Positions 31,321 through 43,544 of a DNA stretch of 64,000 bases are shown one piece after another (within the stretch, counting starts at the first letter, position 1; every line of letters begins with the position of its first letter). The stretch lies in assembly GCA_965220215.1 (NCBI GenBank), contig OZ244809.1:1587805-1651804 (forward strand). The letters are read 5' to 3'. The translations under genes were made by a program, and so were the position numbers. The notes below the pieces were generated by a model that was given only the letters and a program-made list of their open reading frames with translations, searched no databases and had not been told where the DNA came from. Source of the DNA: Dehalococcoidia bacterium. GTDB lineage: Bacteria; Chloroflexota; Dehalococcoidia; SHYD01.

Positions 31321-32120
31321 GCTTTAGCGGGGGTCGCGCCGGCCAGTGTCGCTACGAAGGCTTGTACCGCCTCGGGCCGCTCGGCTGGCGCGCTCTTGTC
31401 GATGACGTCGATGAGGGCGCTGCCCACCACCGCCGTCTCTACGAGCTCACCCACCGCAGCCACGTGCTCCGGTGTGGAGATGCCGAACCCTACGGCCAGG
31501 GGCAGCTTGGTATGCTCCCGCACTCGCGCGATGAAGTCCGGCAAGCCCTCGCGCAGCTGCGTTCGAGCGCCGGTGACGCCGGCCAGGCTCACGCAGTAGA
31601 TGAAGCCCTGGGCCACCTCTGCCACGCGGCGGAGACGTTCATCGGTGCTGGTAGGGGCAAGGAGAAAGATAAGGCTCAGTCCCTGGCTAGCGGCTGCGCT
31701 CAGGAAGGGCTCCGCCTCTTCCGGTGGCAGGTCCACGCAGATAACGCCATCTGCGCCCGCCTCCTTTGCCTGCTGGCAGAACGCGGGCAGCCCGAAGCTC
31801 AGGAAGGTATTGTAGTAACCCATGAACAGCAGCGGGACGGTGACGCCTTTTGCGCGCACTGCCCTCGCCACGAGCAAGCTGTCGCTAAGGCGGACGCCCT
31901 GGTCCAGCGCGGCGCCGCTCGCCCGCTGGATGGTTGCGCCGTCTGCCAGCGGGTCACTGAAAGGAACGCCTAGCTCCACCATGCAGGCGCCGCCAGCCAC
32001 GGCCGCAGCCACCAGGTCGGGAGTCTCCGCCAGGGTGGGGTAGCCAACGGTGAGGTAGGGCACCAGGCCGGTGCGGCCCTCCGCGCTCAGCTTATCGAAG
32101 CAGTCTGTTATGCGTCCCAT
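31317..32120 (-). CDS. trpA: Tryptophan synthase alpha chain
   Basis: [35 protein letters not shown]. Confidence 0.96.
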   Translation of the reverse strand: MGRITDCFDKLSAEGRTGLVPYLTVGYPTLAETPDLVAAAVAGGACMVELGVPFSDPLADGATIQRASGAALDQGVRLSDSLLVARAVRAKGVTVPLLFMGYYNTFLSFGLPAFCQQAKEAGADGVICVDLPPEEAEPFLSAAASQGLSLIFLLAPTSTDERLRRVAEVAQGFIYCVSLAGVTGARTQLREGLPDFIARVREHTKLPLAVGFGISTPEHVAAVGELVETAVVGSALIDVIDKSAPAERPEAVQAFVATLAGATPAKA

Positions 32121-32158
32121 ATTGAATACTTGTCGGTTAGATTAGTTTGGCTCAGACC

Positions 32159-32185
32159 TGTGGGGCCGGATTTCGGCCCCACGCG
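32159..32185 (-). terminator. GC hairpin downstream of the DsbA-like gene
   Basis: gtggggccg-gattt-cggccccac. Confidence 0.5.
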
Positions 32186-32207
32186 GCGTTGCTCTTTCTC
32201 GTCTCCG

Positions 32208-32867
32208 CTACTTTAGCGCTATCTGCTGTTCGCCTTCAGCCCGTTCTCTTATCACTCGCTCTACCACGCTCTTCATGAAGGAGTAGGGCTGTGCGCCAAA
32301 GAACAGGTACTTGCCCACGATGTAGGCGGGGATGGCGTTGATGCCTATCTCATTGGCGAGTTGCACCTGCTCCAGCACGGTCTGCTCAAAGCTCCGCGTC
32401 TCCAGTGCTTGCGCGAGCCCGTCCTGGTTCAGACCCACCTCTTTAGCTATGGAGAGGAGCACCTCCGTGTCCCCCAAGTTCTGGCTGTGCTCCCAGTAGG
32501 CCTTCAGGAGCGCCTCGTGGTACTGGTCCACAAGCCCCTGAGTCTTGGAGTACTCTGTGGCCTCCAACGCCAGACGAGTGTAAGGCGTCCGCTCGGAGCG
32601 CTTCATGATAAGCCCCTCCTCCGCGGCCTGCTCACCCAGTTGGCCGGTTACCTGCTCGCCTGCTTTGGTCGGCGGTTCACCGGGGCGCTGCCGTCGCGGC
32701 GCACCCTCAGGGGGAATGTCCGGGCGCAGGAAAAACGGCCGCCACTCTATCGCGAGGGGAAGCTCTTCGCCAACGCGCTCGATCCGTGACAGGCCGACGT
32801 AACACCACGGGCAGATATAGTCTGAGAAGACTTGGACGGGGACCGGTTCGATGTTGCGTATAGTCAT
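32208..32867 (-). CDS. DsbA/FrnE-family thioredoxin-fold oxidoreductase
   Basis: SDYICPWCYVG, WRPFFLRP, GINAIP, GAQP. Confidence 0.88.
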   Translation of the reverse strand: MTIRNIEPVPVQVFSDYICPWCYVGLSRIERVGEELPLAIEWRPFFLRPDIPPEGAPRRQRPGEPPTKAGEQVTGQLGEQAAEEGLIMKRSERTPYTRLALEATEYSKTQGLVDQYHEALLKAYWEHSQNLGDTEVLLSIAKEVGLNQDGLAQALETRSFEQTVLEQVQLANEIGINAIPAYIVGKYLFFGAQPYSFMKSVVERVIRERAEGEQQIALK

Positions 32868-32954
32868 GGCGACTCCTAGCTTGTATGTACAGCGCTGCGG
32901 TGCCTTTCGATAATACTTGCCCCACGGAACGCTGGCAAGCAAGCACGTTTTCCC

Positions 32955-33290
32955 CGCCCGCGCCGCTCATGGTGAGCCTGTCGAACCACCATCTGTCTTT
33001 GCGAGAAGCTCGCAGAGCGCCTCCCATTGTCATTCTGAGCCTGCCTACCGCAGGCAGGCGCAGCGAAGAATCTGGGGCGGTGGGGTGGCCCGTCCGGTGA
33101 GGAGGGAACGTCCCAAGCGCATACTAGGGGGCAACGTCTGCCCCCGGGTTGCTACATCTGCTACCCGCCTTCACGCAACGACAGCCGCCCGCGCCGCTCA
33201 TGGTGAGCCTGTCAAACCACGTCTGTCTTTGCGAGAAGCTCCGCAGAGCGCCGAAGCAATCTGGGGCGGTGGGGTGGCACGTCCCACGCG
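32955..33290. repeat. Two related ~230-bp units with family-C repeats (CCGCTCATGGTGAGCCTGTCGAACC) and a family-A copy
   Basis: cgccgctcatggtgagcctgtc near 32961 and 33192, each followed by tctgtctttgcgagaagct. Confidence 0.85.
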
Positions 33291-33365
33291 CCTGCCAGGT
33301 TGCCGCGCCGGCTGACGCCTCCTCGCGATGCAGCTTTTAGTGTTCTAGAGTAAGGTTGCGCGCCC

Positions 33366-33872
33366 TTAGATTGGCCATAACCACCCCCATCCTAACCTTC
33401 CCCCATGGGAGAGGGAAGGAATAGAGGGCCGGGGTTCCTACACTGCATGAGCGCTCACGCCTCGACGTGGACGGTAAACGTGAGGGGAATTTCCTCCCCC
33501 TTCAATAGGGGAGGACTAAGGTGGGGGTCGTCCCCCAGCGCTTCAAAGACGAGCCGCTTTTCAACGCAGGTGACGCCCCAGCAAACGTCCGAGGCCGGTG
33601 GGATTCAGACGCAGGTTGCGCACGTTTAGATTGGGCATCGCACCCCCATCCTAACCTTCCCCCATGGGAGAGGGAAGGAATAGAGGGCCGGGGTTCCTAC
33701 ACTGCATGAGCGCTCACGCCTCAACGTGGGCGGTAAACGTGAGGGGAATTTCCTCCCCCTTCAATGGGGGAGGACTAAGGTGGGGGTCGGCCCCCGATGC
33801 TTCAACGACGAGCCGTTTTTCAACGCAGGCGATGCCCCAGCAAACGTTCGGGGCCGGTGGGATTCAGACGTT
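33366..33872. repeat. 259-bp tandem duplication of a family-B composite repeat
   Basis: atgggagagggaaggaatagagggccggggttcc at 33405 and 33664. Confidence 0.92.
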
Positions 33873-33900
33873 GGTCTACCGGTCTTTGCCTAAGGCATAA

Positions 33901-33930
33901 GAAAAGCGGGCAGGTATTACCTGCCCGCTG
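33901..33930 (-). terminator. Rho-independent terminator
   Basis: agcgggcaggt-aat-acctgcccgct followed by a T run on the minus strand. Confidence 0.75.
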
Positions 33931-33959
33931 CTACTTACGGGGAGTGTACGGAGGGTTTG

Positions 33960-34151
33960 TTAAGCTGCCCGGGGAGCAGCCGCAGTTCGGCTAGTGGCGC
34001 TGCCCTGAGAACGGACACGGGACTGCAGTTCGAGTACGTGCTGTCCTGGGATTACATAGCCACACTGGAGGCACTTTACATCCAGCTCGCCCAGGAGCTT
34101 ATCCTCGAAGAGGTCTCCACCACATTTTGTGCACGCTTTTGGGTACCACAT
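33960..34151 (-). CDS. Small Zn-ribbon protein
   Basis: CTKCGG...CLQCG; AGGA RBS; followed by a terminator. Confidence 0.75.
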   Translation of the reverse strand: MWYPKACTKCGGDLFEDKLLGELDVKCLQCGYVIPGQHVLELQSRVRSQGSATSRTAAAPRAA

Positions 34152-34249
34152 CGTATTTTCCTAACTGTTTGTTGTTTGCCTTTGCATTAGTAACAACACC
34201 TTCCGACACAAAAAGTAACGCTAGAATGCCTGTGCTGTTACGATCTCGG

Positions 34250-34708
34250 TTAGCTGGCTTTGATGGGGATCTGGTGCGGCCGAGACTCTACGGTCTTCTG
34301 CAGCTTCAGGGTCAGCACGCCGTCCTTGAACTCGGCGTCCGCACTCTCCGCGTTCACCGCCGCCGGCAGCGGGATGGTGCGCACTAGATCGCCGTACCAC
34401 ACCTCGCGGTAGTGCCAGCGACGCTTGGTGTCGCTCTCCTGCTCCGCCTCGCTTGGGATGTGGGCCTGAATGGTCAGGTGACCCTTCTCGACGTTCAACT
34501 GTACCTGTGCGGGGTCTATCCCCGGTAGATGCGCCTTTACCAGGAGCTCGTCCGGCGTCTCGTACATATCGATGGGCAGGACGTAGCGGGATGCGCCGTT
34601 GTTCCTCAGAATGCGGGCGCTGCGGCCGAAAGCCTCGTCAAACATGCGGTCCATGGGGTTCCGAAACACGCCAAAGCGAGCCGATGGTTCCCAACGTGTA
34701 AGTGTCAT
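34250..34708 (-). CDS. Hsp20/alpha-crystallin small heat-shock protein
   Basis: DMYET, LPGID, A.FKDGVLTL. Confidence 0.93.
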   Translation of the reverse strand: MTLTRWEPSARFGVFRNPMDRMFDEAFGRSARILRNNGASRYVLPIDMYETPDELLVKAHLPGIDPAQVQLNVEKGHLTIQAHIPSEAEQESDTKRRWHYREVWYGDLVRTIPLPAAVNAESADAEFKDGVLTLKLQKTVESRPHQIPIKAS

Positions 34709-34774
34709 GAGTATCTCTCCTCCTATTGTGTGCTTTAGTGCAGGCACCTCACCTGCGCTACCAGTAGTATAAAC

Positions 34775-34818
34775 ATTGATATAAATCATGTCAAGATATA
34801 TTTTCTGAATATATCAAT
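34775..34818. promoter_or_regulatory. HAIR-like HspR operator between divergent hsp20 and hspR-dnaK
   Basis: TTGATA-N7-TGTCAAG at 34776-34795 (HAIR spacing); second half-site TATATCAAT at 34810. Confidence 0.55.
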
Positions 34819-34899
34819 AATTTTGTATGTATTATGTTGCCTTTCTTAGGTTGGTTTGCTATACTGCTCCTGTACTTTTCATAGCTCTCGCATGGAGTA

Positions 34900-35313
34900 A
34901 TGAACGTGGAACAACGAATCTCAGAAGAGCAAGCAGGTCTCTATATCATTAGCGTGGCGGCTCGGCTGCTGAGCATGCATCCCCAGACCCTGCGCAAGTA
35001 CGAGCGGGCGGGCTTTCTCTCCCCCAGCCGTACCGTAGGCATGCTGCGCCTCTACTCTGCGGAAGACCTGGCGCGGCTCCAGCTCATCAAGCACTTTGTG
35101 GAGGACATGAACCTCAACCTGGCCGGTGTGGAGATGGGTTTGGAGCTAGCCAAGGTCCTCGGAAAACTCCAGTACGACCTGGAAACTACCGGGGACCCGG
35201 AGCAGTTGCGGGCAAAGATGCAGAAGGGATTGCAGCAAGCGGCCAAAACCCTGAAGCTGGATGAAGTACAGCCGCCTACCGCGCCGCAGGCCACTATTAC
35301 TATCGAGTTTTAA
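34900..35313 (+). CDS. hspR: HspR-like MerR-family heat-shock repressor
   Basis: YIISVAARLLSMHPQTLRKYERAG, RLYS, NLAGV. Confidence 0.85.
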   Translation: MNVEQRISEEQAGLYIISVAARLLSMHPQTLRKYERAGFLSPSRTVGMLRLYSAEDLARLQLIKHFVEDMNLNLAGVEMGLELAKVLGKLQYDLETTGDPEQLRAKMQKGLQQAAKTLKLDEVQPPTAPQATITIEF

Positions 35314-35444
35314 GAAGCTAGGTCGTTCTGGGACCCACCCAGGCGGGGCCAAGAATCCACCCTGCTGGTTGGAGATGGATGCTTCGCTACACTCGGAACG
35401 ACGAATATGAACAACACACATCACTGGTGTGAGGAGAGCAGGAT

Positions 35445-37337
<1,893 letters not shown>

Positions 37338-37448
37338 GCCCAACTCCCCGCTCATGGTGAGCCGATAGTTTATCCTGAGCCTGCCTACCGCAGGCAGGCG
37401 GAGCGAAGGAACCCATGAGCCGCCCATAACGACCACCAACCGTAACGC

Positions 37449-37480
37449 AAACCGCCCGTGGGATATCCCACGGGCGGTTT
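37449..37480. terminator. Perfect 32-bp palindrome; probable bidirectional terminator
   Basis: AAACCGCCCGTGGGAT|ATCCCACGGGCGGTTT between convergent dnaK and REase genes. Confidence 0.7.
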
Positions 37481-37499
37481 AGTGCGTGCTAAGGCATAT

Positions 37500-38282
37500 C
37501 TACTCAATGAGCGGATCAGAATAACGCCAAAGCTCAGCTAGTCTGTCACTCCGCACACGGAACTTCTGTCCGTGATTGTGTCCTGTCCTCGCATCAAAGT
37601 CTATTCGCACAGCGTCATCTTCAACTGCATCTAGGAAGCTATCGATGTCAAAGCCTTGCAAAACTAATCCTGAAACTATTCTGAAGAGCTCCGTTTCCTG
37701 TGTCTTGGAGGTTTCAACTTCCACGTAAACAACGTTTAGTAGCTTTGTGCTTGCATTCAGCACTAACGATTTAATATCCCAGTACGGCTGAGGATTTAGA
37801 TCAGCCAATCCAACTCTAGCCTCGACGGTTCTTACCCAAGACTGATGCTTTGCTGCAATCATTGATGCATCAAAGAAAACTCGTATTGTTTGGTTAGTTC
37901 TATCAGTTTTGATTCCAAACCCACGGTCAGTAGTCCTTGATGCCCGAAGGGTCTGACGAAAGCTGTATTCGTCTGGCCCATATTGGGGTAAAGCCCAACC
38001 ATACTTAGGTAGAAGAATATTATTGACCACATAGCTAGTTCGTGGTTCCGGTTCCAAATGGAAAAGAGTAAGTAACGACTTACTCTTTATACGGTGCGAT
38101 TTGACTTCCCACTGTGCTGTATCAGGCACATTAAGGTTATTCTCAGATAGGCCCAGTAAATGGTCTATCGTGTTGCCTATACCGCCAGAATTAAGTGGGC
38201 GGATGCTTTTAACCCAGCCGGTTGCTGCAATTTGCCGCAGTCTATCGATGAGTTGCGTACGTGTAAGATAGCGAGCAACCAA
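37500..38282 (-). CDS. MvaI/BcnI-family type II restriction endonuclease
   Basis: GGIGNTI..LLG..ENN..PD...EVKS, LTLF, HNHG.KFR; low GC. Confidence 0.85.
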   Translation of the reverse strand: MVARYLTRTQLIDRLRQIAATGWVKSIRPLNSGGIGNTIDHLLGLSENNLNVPDTAQWEVKSHRIKSKSLLTLFHLEPEPRTSYVVNNILLPKYGWALPQYGPDEYSFRQTLRASRTTDRGFGIKTDRTNQTIRVFFDASMIAAKHQSWVRTVEARVGLADLNPQPYWDIKSLVLNASTKLLNVVYVEVETSKTQETELFRIVSGLVLQGFDIDSFLDAVEDDAVRIDFDARTGHNHGQKFRVRSDRLAELWRYSDPLIE

Positions 38283-38285
38283 GTC

Positions 38286-39194
38286 TTATGCACTTTCTGG
38301 TCGCCAGAAGTCTAGCAAGTACTCGAATGTCACGCCCATTGTGATGTAGTTGCTGGGCCATCCAAAAATCCCGACTCGGTTCACGATATTTGTCCTGTCC
38401 CAAATGATCGTATTCCTCAATTCATACCCCACTGATTCCAGAGCTTCAACAACGGCAATATGGATGGGGATACGCTTATTTTCCCACCACATATCAGGCA
38501 CATTAATGACGCAGTGGGCCTTAGGGCGTAAGAGAGTGAGCAGGCCGGCGAATATGCTAGCCATTTGTGCTTTGTATTCTTCCAAGGTTAGTGTACCGAG
38601 ATCCCGCGGGTCCTGAGAGTACTGCTCTACCTTCTGATATTGTTCATTGAGTCGCTCAACACCCCGGCGGGATTTATTCCTGCGCTTCCGGTTGAGAAGA
38701 TTGGCGTAAGGAGGAGACGTTGCTATCAAACTTAAGCTTTCAGGTTCAAGATAATTAGGTATGTTATGGGCATCATCACAGATGGCAAGCTGTTGAGTAC
38801 CGCCAAATAGACCTAATTGCTGCACACGCTCAACGCTGAGGTCTACATACTGCTGACTGAGATCAAAACCTACCGCATTACGATGCAGATCTCGTGCAGA
38901 AACTAGGGTTGTCCCGCTTCCTACAAATGGGTCGAGGACTAGCTCGCCTTTATGCGTAAAAAGCTCAATGAGCCTTGAAGATAGGGCTATTGGGTATGTA
39001 GCAGGGTGTTGAGATTTGTCACGGATATCGCGCGCCTCATAGAAGAACTGCCAAACCCCTATTTGAGCTTTCAGCCACTCTTTTGCAGTGAGACAGTTGA
39101 TGTGGTTTTGAGGGCAGTCGCAGGCCTTCGAATGAGGTACTTGGAGCTTACTTGAGTTTGCATCAACCGCATTGAAAGCAGCAATAGCTTCCAT
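38286..39194 (-). CDS. Amino-DNA methyltransferase (likely m4C), motif I before motif IV
   Basis: HPATYP, LDPFVGSGTT, then TSPPY; low GC. Confidence 0.88.
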   Translation of the reverse strand: MEAIAAFNAVDANSSKLQVPHSKACDCPQNHINCLTAKEWLKAQIGVWQFFYEARDIRDKSQHPATYPIALSSRLIELFTHKGELVLDPFVGSGTTLVSARDLHRNAVGFDLSQQYVDLSVERVQQLGLFGGTQQLAICDDAHNIPNYLEPESLSLIATSPPYANLLNRKRRNKSRRGVERLNEQYQKVEQYSQDPRDLGTLTLEEYKAQMASIFAGLLTLLRPKAHCVINVPDMWWENKRIPIHIAVVEALESVGYELRNTIIWDRTNIVNRVGIFGWPSNYITMGVTFEYLLDFWRPESA

Positions 39195-39294
39195 AGTTGC
39201 TCCTTAAATGGGACAGTAGTTCTAGATGTGACAGATTTTACTGCTAGAGCTTCTAGTACACAAGTTCCAAACGTATCAGTTTTAGAGATGTTTC

Positions 39295-40032
39295 TCACCC
39301 CGCCAGCGTGCCTGCTAGCAGCACGGTGATGAACGCAGCCACCGCAGCAGCGACCACCAGCGCCACCAGCGCCGCCCGACGCTGCCAGCCCGCGCGTTCG
39401 GCGCTCGCGTAGGCGGCCAGCGCGGCCGCGGCCAGGCTCATGGAGAGGGGGTAGAGCAGCGGCGCTGCCAGATTGCCCAGCGTCGGCACGGCGGTGACTA
39501 GGAGGATAACAGTGCCCAGCGCTTTCGCCCACCAGCGTAAGTTGCTCCCCTCCCCTTTGGCAGGCTCAGGACGGCGACTAACGCCCTCCCACACGGGGGG
39601 AGAGGACAGCTCGTCCTCCTCCTCGAAGGCAGGCTCCCTTGGCGACATCGTGGCAGAGGGGACGGACGCCGGTCCTGCGGCTAGGGTAGCCAGCGCGCCG
39701 CCCAGCACCACGTAGCTCCCGAACAGCGCCGTGAACACTCCTGTATCCAGCCAGTACCCCAGCGCCATGGTGCCCGAGAAGATGCTTACAAACTCTGGCA
39801 CGCCCGCGGCTTGGGCCGCCAGCCCTAGGATAGCGCCCACCCACGCGGAGCGGTGGGTCATTGCCCGCAGCAGCAGGCCGCCCAGGAGCGCCCCGGCCAG
39901 AGGCAGCAAGGTGCCCAGCGCCGCCTGGGTGATGGAGGACGCGTCGCTGGCGGCGAGGCGCGGCAGCACTTGTAGCACGATCACACCGGGTGCCGCTGCG
40001 GCCAGGCAAGCAATGAAGAGTGCACTTGGCAT
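39295..40032 (-). CDS. Membrane hypothetical protein
   Basis: Hydrophobic ORF with acidic central linker. Confidence 0.6.
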   Translation of the reverse strand: MPSALFIACLAAAAPGVIVLQVLPRLAASDASSITQAALGTLLPLAGALLGGLLLRAMTHRSAWVGAILGLAAQAAGVPEFVSIFSGTMALGYWLDTGVFTALFGSYVVLGGALATLAAGPASVPSATMSPREPAFEEEDELSSPPVWEGVSRRPEPAKGEGSNLRWWAKALGTVILLVTAVPTLGNLAAPLLYPLSMSLAAAALAAYASAERAGWQRRAALVALVVAAAVAAFITVLLAGTLAG

Positions 40033-40144
40033 TACGAGGAGCTCGCCTTTGGCATGAGTAGCGAAGCAGCCCTTACCGAGAGGGTAGAACGAGTTTGTGG
40101 ATTCTTCAGTCGCTGGGTTCTTTCAGAATGACAGACGTTTAGGA

Positions 40145-41281
40145 CTACTCAAACCGGGCGAGGGAGAAGGGCTCCAGGGAGATGCCGGTCTGACCGGTGG
40201 TGATATGCTCCGCAATGAGCTGTCCGGTGATGGGACTGAGCAGGATACCGCTGCGAAAGTGGCCGGTAGCCACGGTCAGCCCCACGTAGCCGGGGACCGG
40301 CCCCAGGATGGGCAGGCCGTCCGGCGTTCCCGGCCGCAGCCCAACGCTCACGCCGCCCACCGACGCATCGCCCAGCTCCGGCAGCAGTTGCATCGCCACC
40401 GAGAGCAGCCAGCTTGCGCCCTGGGCCGTGCTGCGGGTATCGAAGCCCGCTTCTTCTTGGGTTGCGCCCACCAGGACAGTGCCGTCCACTTTTGGTGTCA
40501 GATAGCCGTGGTCGTAGAAGACGTTGGTGCGCAGGGGCCGCGGCATGGTGTGCAGGCGGAGGATTTGTCCTCGCACCGGCCGCACCGGCAGGCGCACGCC
40601 CATGCCCGCTTGGCCGCTAGGTAGGTCTTCAAGCAGCGCGCTGCTCCAGGGACCTGCGGCCAGCACTACGTGGTCTGCGGTGACGTGCGAGCTATCGGCC
40701 AGGCGCACGCCGGTGATGCGGTCGCCCATGTAGGTGAGTCCCACCACTTGCTGCCCCAGCAGGAAGCGCGTGCGGCCGGTTTGCGCCTCAGCGGCCTGCG
40801 CAAAGCCCAGGGTCAGCCGCGCCGCCTGCACCTGGCGCTCGCCGGGAGTGAACAGCGCGCCCCGCGCATCCTGCGTCAGGCGCGGCTCTATCGACTGCAC
40901 CTCCTCGGAGGTGAGCCAGTCTCCCTCCAGCGCCGGGCGTACTTTGGCGATGAGCCCGCGCAACTCCCCCTCCTCGTCCTCAGTGAAGGCAAGGCGCAGG
41001 GTGCCGGCAGTGATGTATTCGGGGTCGATGCCGCTGGCCTCGTGGACGGCCTGCAACGTGTCCGGGAATGCCGCGAGGCTGGCGAGGCCAAGCTGGTACA
41101 GCGGCCCCGCTTCCAGCCGCTCGGCGACGGGTGTAAGCATCCCCGCCGCAATGCTGGACGCGCCCGCGCCAATGCCCTCCCGCTCAATGAGGATGCAGCT
41201 CACACCCTCCCGGGCAAGGTGGTAGGCAATGGAGGATCCAATGACACCCCCGCCCACGATGATTACGTCAGCTGCTGGCAT
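40145..41281 (-). CDS. thiO: Glycine oxidase
   Basis: GGGVIG, ASSIAAGML, PVRGQ, GLRP, GHFRSGILL. Confidence 0.9.
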   Translation of the reverse strand: MPAADVIIVGGGVIGSSIAYHLAREGVSCILIEREGIGAGASSIAAGMLTPVAERLEAGPLYQLGLASLAAFPDTLQAVHEASGIDPEYITAGTLRLAFTEDEEGELRGLIAKVRPALEGDWLTSEEVQSIEPRLTQDARGALFTPGERQVQAARLTLGFAQAAEAQTGRTRFLLGQQVVGLTYMGDRITGVRLADSSHVTADHVVLAAGPWSSALLEDLPSGQAGMGVRLPVRPVRGQILRLHTMPRPLRTNVFYDHGYLTPKVDGTVLVGATQEEAGFDTRSTAQGASWLLSVAMQLLPELGDASVGGVSVGLRPGTPDGLPILGPVPGYVGLTVATGHFRSGILLSPITGQLIAEHITTGQTGISLEPFSLARFE

Positions 41282-41384
41282 GGCCCTAGCTACATCCTTC
41301 TGAGAATAGTCGCCCTAAACAACCAACTAGAGAATCCACAGCCTGTCTGGCTCCTTTACGTAGAAGGCCATGATAGGCTATCTG

Positions 41385-41915
41385 CGCACCCTTCGACAGG
41401 CTCAGGATGAACGGGTTTAGCACGCTCGCGTTGGCGATCCAAAGTGTTAGAACAGATCCGCCCATTTGCAACAGTTCCCTTGTCTAGAAAAGCTTTGCTC
41501 ATTAGCAAAAGCACCGCTCATGGTGAGCCTGTCGAACCATCACCGCAGTGTTCCAGAACCGCTCCCTTGACCATTGCACCCCCATCCTAACCTTCCCCCA
41601 TACGAGGGGGAAGGAACCGAGTGCCGTGGTTTCTGAACTGCATAAGCTGTCTCGTCTCACTGTTGACGGTAAACGTCAGCGTCCTTTCCTCCCCCTTTGA
41701 TGGGGGAGGACTAAGGTGGGGGTCGTGCCCCACCGCTTCAAAGATCCTCTGCTTCACTGCACCCCCATCCTAACCTTCCCCCGTGCGAGGGGGAAGGAAC
41801 AGGGGGCGGTGGTTCCTATACTGCATATTCACTCACGCCTCGCCGTTGCCTTTGGGTGCCGGGGGTATTTCCTCCCCCTTTAATGGGGGAGGATTAAGGT
41901 GGGGGTCGTGCCCCA
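41385..41915. repeat. Cluster of family-C and family-B repeats
   Basis: cccttcgacaggctcagg near 41388; ccgctcatggtgagcctgtcgaacc near 41514; cacccccatcctaaccttcccc near 41578 and 41760. Confidence 0.88.
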
Positions 41916-42885
41916 CCGCGTCGACGCTCCGCTGCTTCACCGAATCTGGTTCAGAACTATCACCGGCTTTAGCACGATCGCTTTCGAGGTCCGTCCGCGC
42001 CTTGGCGATGCGCCCCTCCGCCAGCTCCACGTACGCTGCATCCGTCTCGTAGCCCACATACCGGCGCCCCGCCTGCAGCGCCGCGAGCGCCGTGCTGCCG
42101 CTGCCCATGAACGGATCGAGCACCACCTCGCCCTCGTAGGTGTAGAGCTGGATGAGGCCGAAAGGTAGCTTCACTGGAAAGGGCGCTGGATGCCCCACGC
42201 GAGACGCCGACTCGCCTGGAATGTTCCATATACTCTTTGTAAACTCAAGGAAGTCGTCACGGCTGATGGTGCTGCGGCGTCCCTCCACCTGCGGGCGGGA
42301 GAAGCTCTGCTTGGAAAAGATTAAGACATACTCATGAGTATCTCTTAGAGTCGGATTTGCGGGCGATTGCCAGGAACCCCAAGCTGTTGAAGGGTTAGGA
42401 CCCTTCTCCCAGAGGACCTCTCCCCGCATAAGGAAATTTAACTCCAACATAGCCTCGATGATGAATGAATGAAGCGGCAAATACGGCCGTCGTCCAAGAT
42501 TCGCAACGTTAATACAAGCGCGGCCTCCCGGTACGAGCACACGGTAGACCTCAGACATCACCTGTTTTAGAAAGGCTAGGTAATCGGTAAGAGATAAGTC
42601 CTCATCATAGTCTTTGCCCACGTTATAGGGGGGTGAAGTCACCATTAGATGAACACTACTGTCGAGAAGATCTTGCATGTTTTGACTACTCTTAGGAAAG
42701 ACTTTGTCAAGATTTTCTGGATCATTTGGGGTTTCTAGATAAAGAACAGCCTCTTCTTGAGGGAGACCCTTGTAAAGAAGGCGAGCATAGTAGGCTGATG
42801 AGTCATGGGCAAAACGACCTGACGTTCCAAATGCGCTGGTTTTAGTGCGGCGCCTCTGTTTGGGCTTTGGATCTGGTTCAGTCAT
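41833..42885 (-). CDS. Beta-class amino-DNA methyltransferase (likely m4C)
   Basis: VTSPPYN ... HPAPFP ... LDPFMGSG; C-terminus runs into a family-B repeat. Confidence 0.9.
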   Translation of the reverse strand: MTEPDPKPKQRRRTKTSAFGTSGRFAHDSSAYYARLLYKGLPQEEAVLYLETPNDPENLDKVFPKSSQNMQDLLDSSVHLMVTSPPYNVGKDYDEDLSLTDYLAFLKQVMSEVYRVLVPGGRACINVANLGRRPYLPLHSFIIEAMLELNFLMRGEVLWEKGPNPSTAWGSWQSPANPTLRDTHEYVLIFSKQSFSRPQVEGRRSTISRDDFLEFTKSIWNIPGESASRVGHPAPFPVKLPFGLIQLYTYEGEVVLDPFMGSGSTALAALQAGRRYVGYETDAAYVELAEGRIAKARTDLESDRAKAGDSSEPDSVKQRSVDAVGHDPHLNPPPLKGEEIPPAPKGNGEA

Positions 42886-42888
42886 TGC

Positions 42889-43527
42889 TCACCTCTCCCA
42901 GTAATCCAGCCAGCGTCTGATTGAATCAAAACGTTCACGTGGTCGCGTCCAATGTATAGGAATCTTCTTGACTCGTTCTTCATTTGAAAGCATTAATCTT
43001 AGTGCTTCTTTTGAGATTTCTACGCCCCTAGGATTAGTTCCTGGCTTTGGAGCCTTTAAGTAAGTCTCACTACCCAGTTTATCGTAGCTTTCTTGTTGCA
43101 AGTCGCTCGGAATCATTAACAAACCACCATCACCTTCCCATACGACATGAGCAAGAATTAAGTCTGAGACAGGAGTGTAAGTATTCAGGAATGACTGAAC
43201 CTTTTCGCTATCAACCGTCCATATCACTTTAATCCCTGGAACCGTTCCCCCAGGTTTTGTTGTAAAGGACTTGATTGAAATGGGGTCTCCGAATAAATGC
43301 AGGTCTACGTCGGCTTCATTAATCGGGCCTCTTGTTACGTTCTCTTCGCCGAATTTGTACATTAAGAGAGCCGTTATTATCTGCTCTCTTTTAGAACCGA
43401 CTTCCATACCAACTTTTCCATCGCGGGAACTCTCTATCTCAGCGAGATCAAAAAGCGATGGGAGTTTCTCACGAACCTTTTGTATTAGCGGCGCGTCGTT
43501 GAAGAGCTCCACTGCCCTACTAGGCAT
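42889..43527 (-). CDS. ThaI-family type II restriction endonuclease
   Basis: SSRDGKVGMEVGSKRE, DVDL, ISIKS, WTVD, GTNPRGVEIS; low GC. Confidence 0.8.
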   Translation of the reverse strand: MPSRAVELFNDAPLIQKVREKLPSLFDLAEIESSRDGKVGMEVGSKREQIITALLMYKFGEENVTRGPINEADVDLHLFGDPISIKSFTTKPGGTVPGIKVIWTVDSEKVQSFLNTYTPVSDLILAHVVWEGDGGLLMIPSDLQQESYDKLGSETYLKAPKPGTNPRGVEISKEALRLMLSNEERVKKIPIHWTRPRERFDSIRRWLDYWER

Positions 43528-43544
43528 CTCAGGTTACCTCTTCC

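Noticed and set aside
32917-33994. Several short ORFs (also 24938-25339, 22220-22420, 41286-41471)
   Set aside because: Largely translations of palindromic repeats, with no RBS or domain motifs
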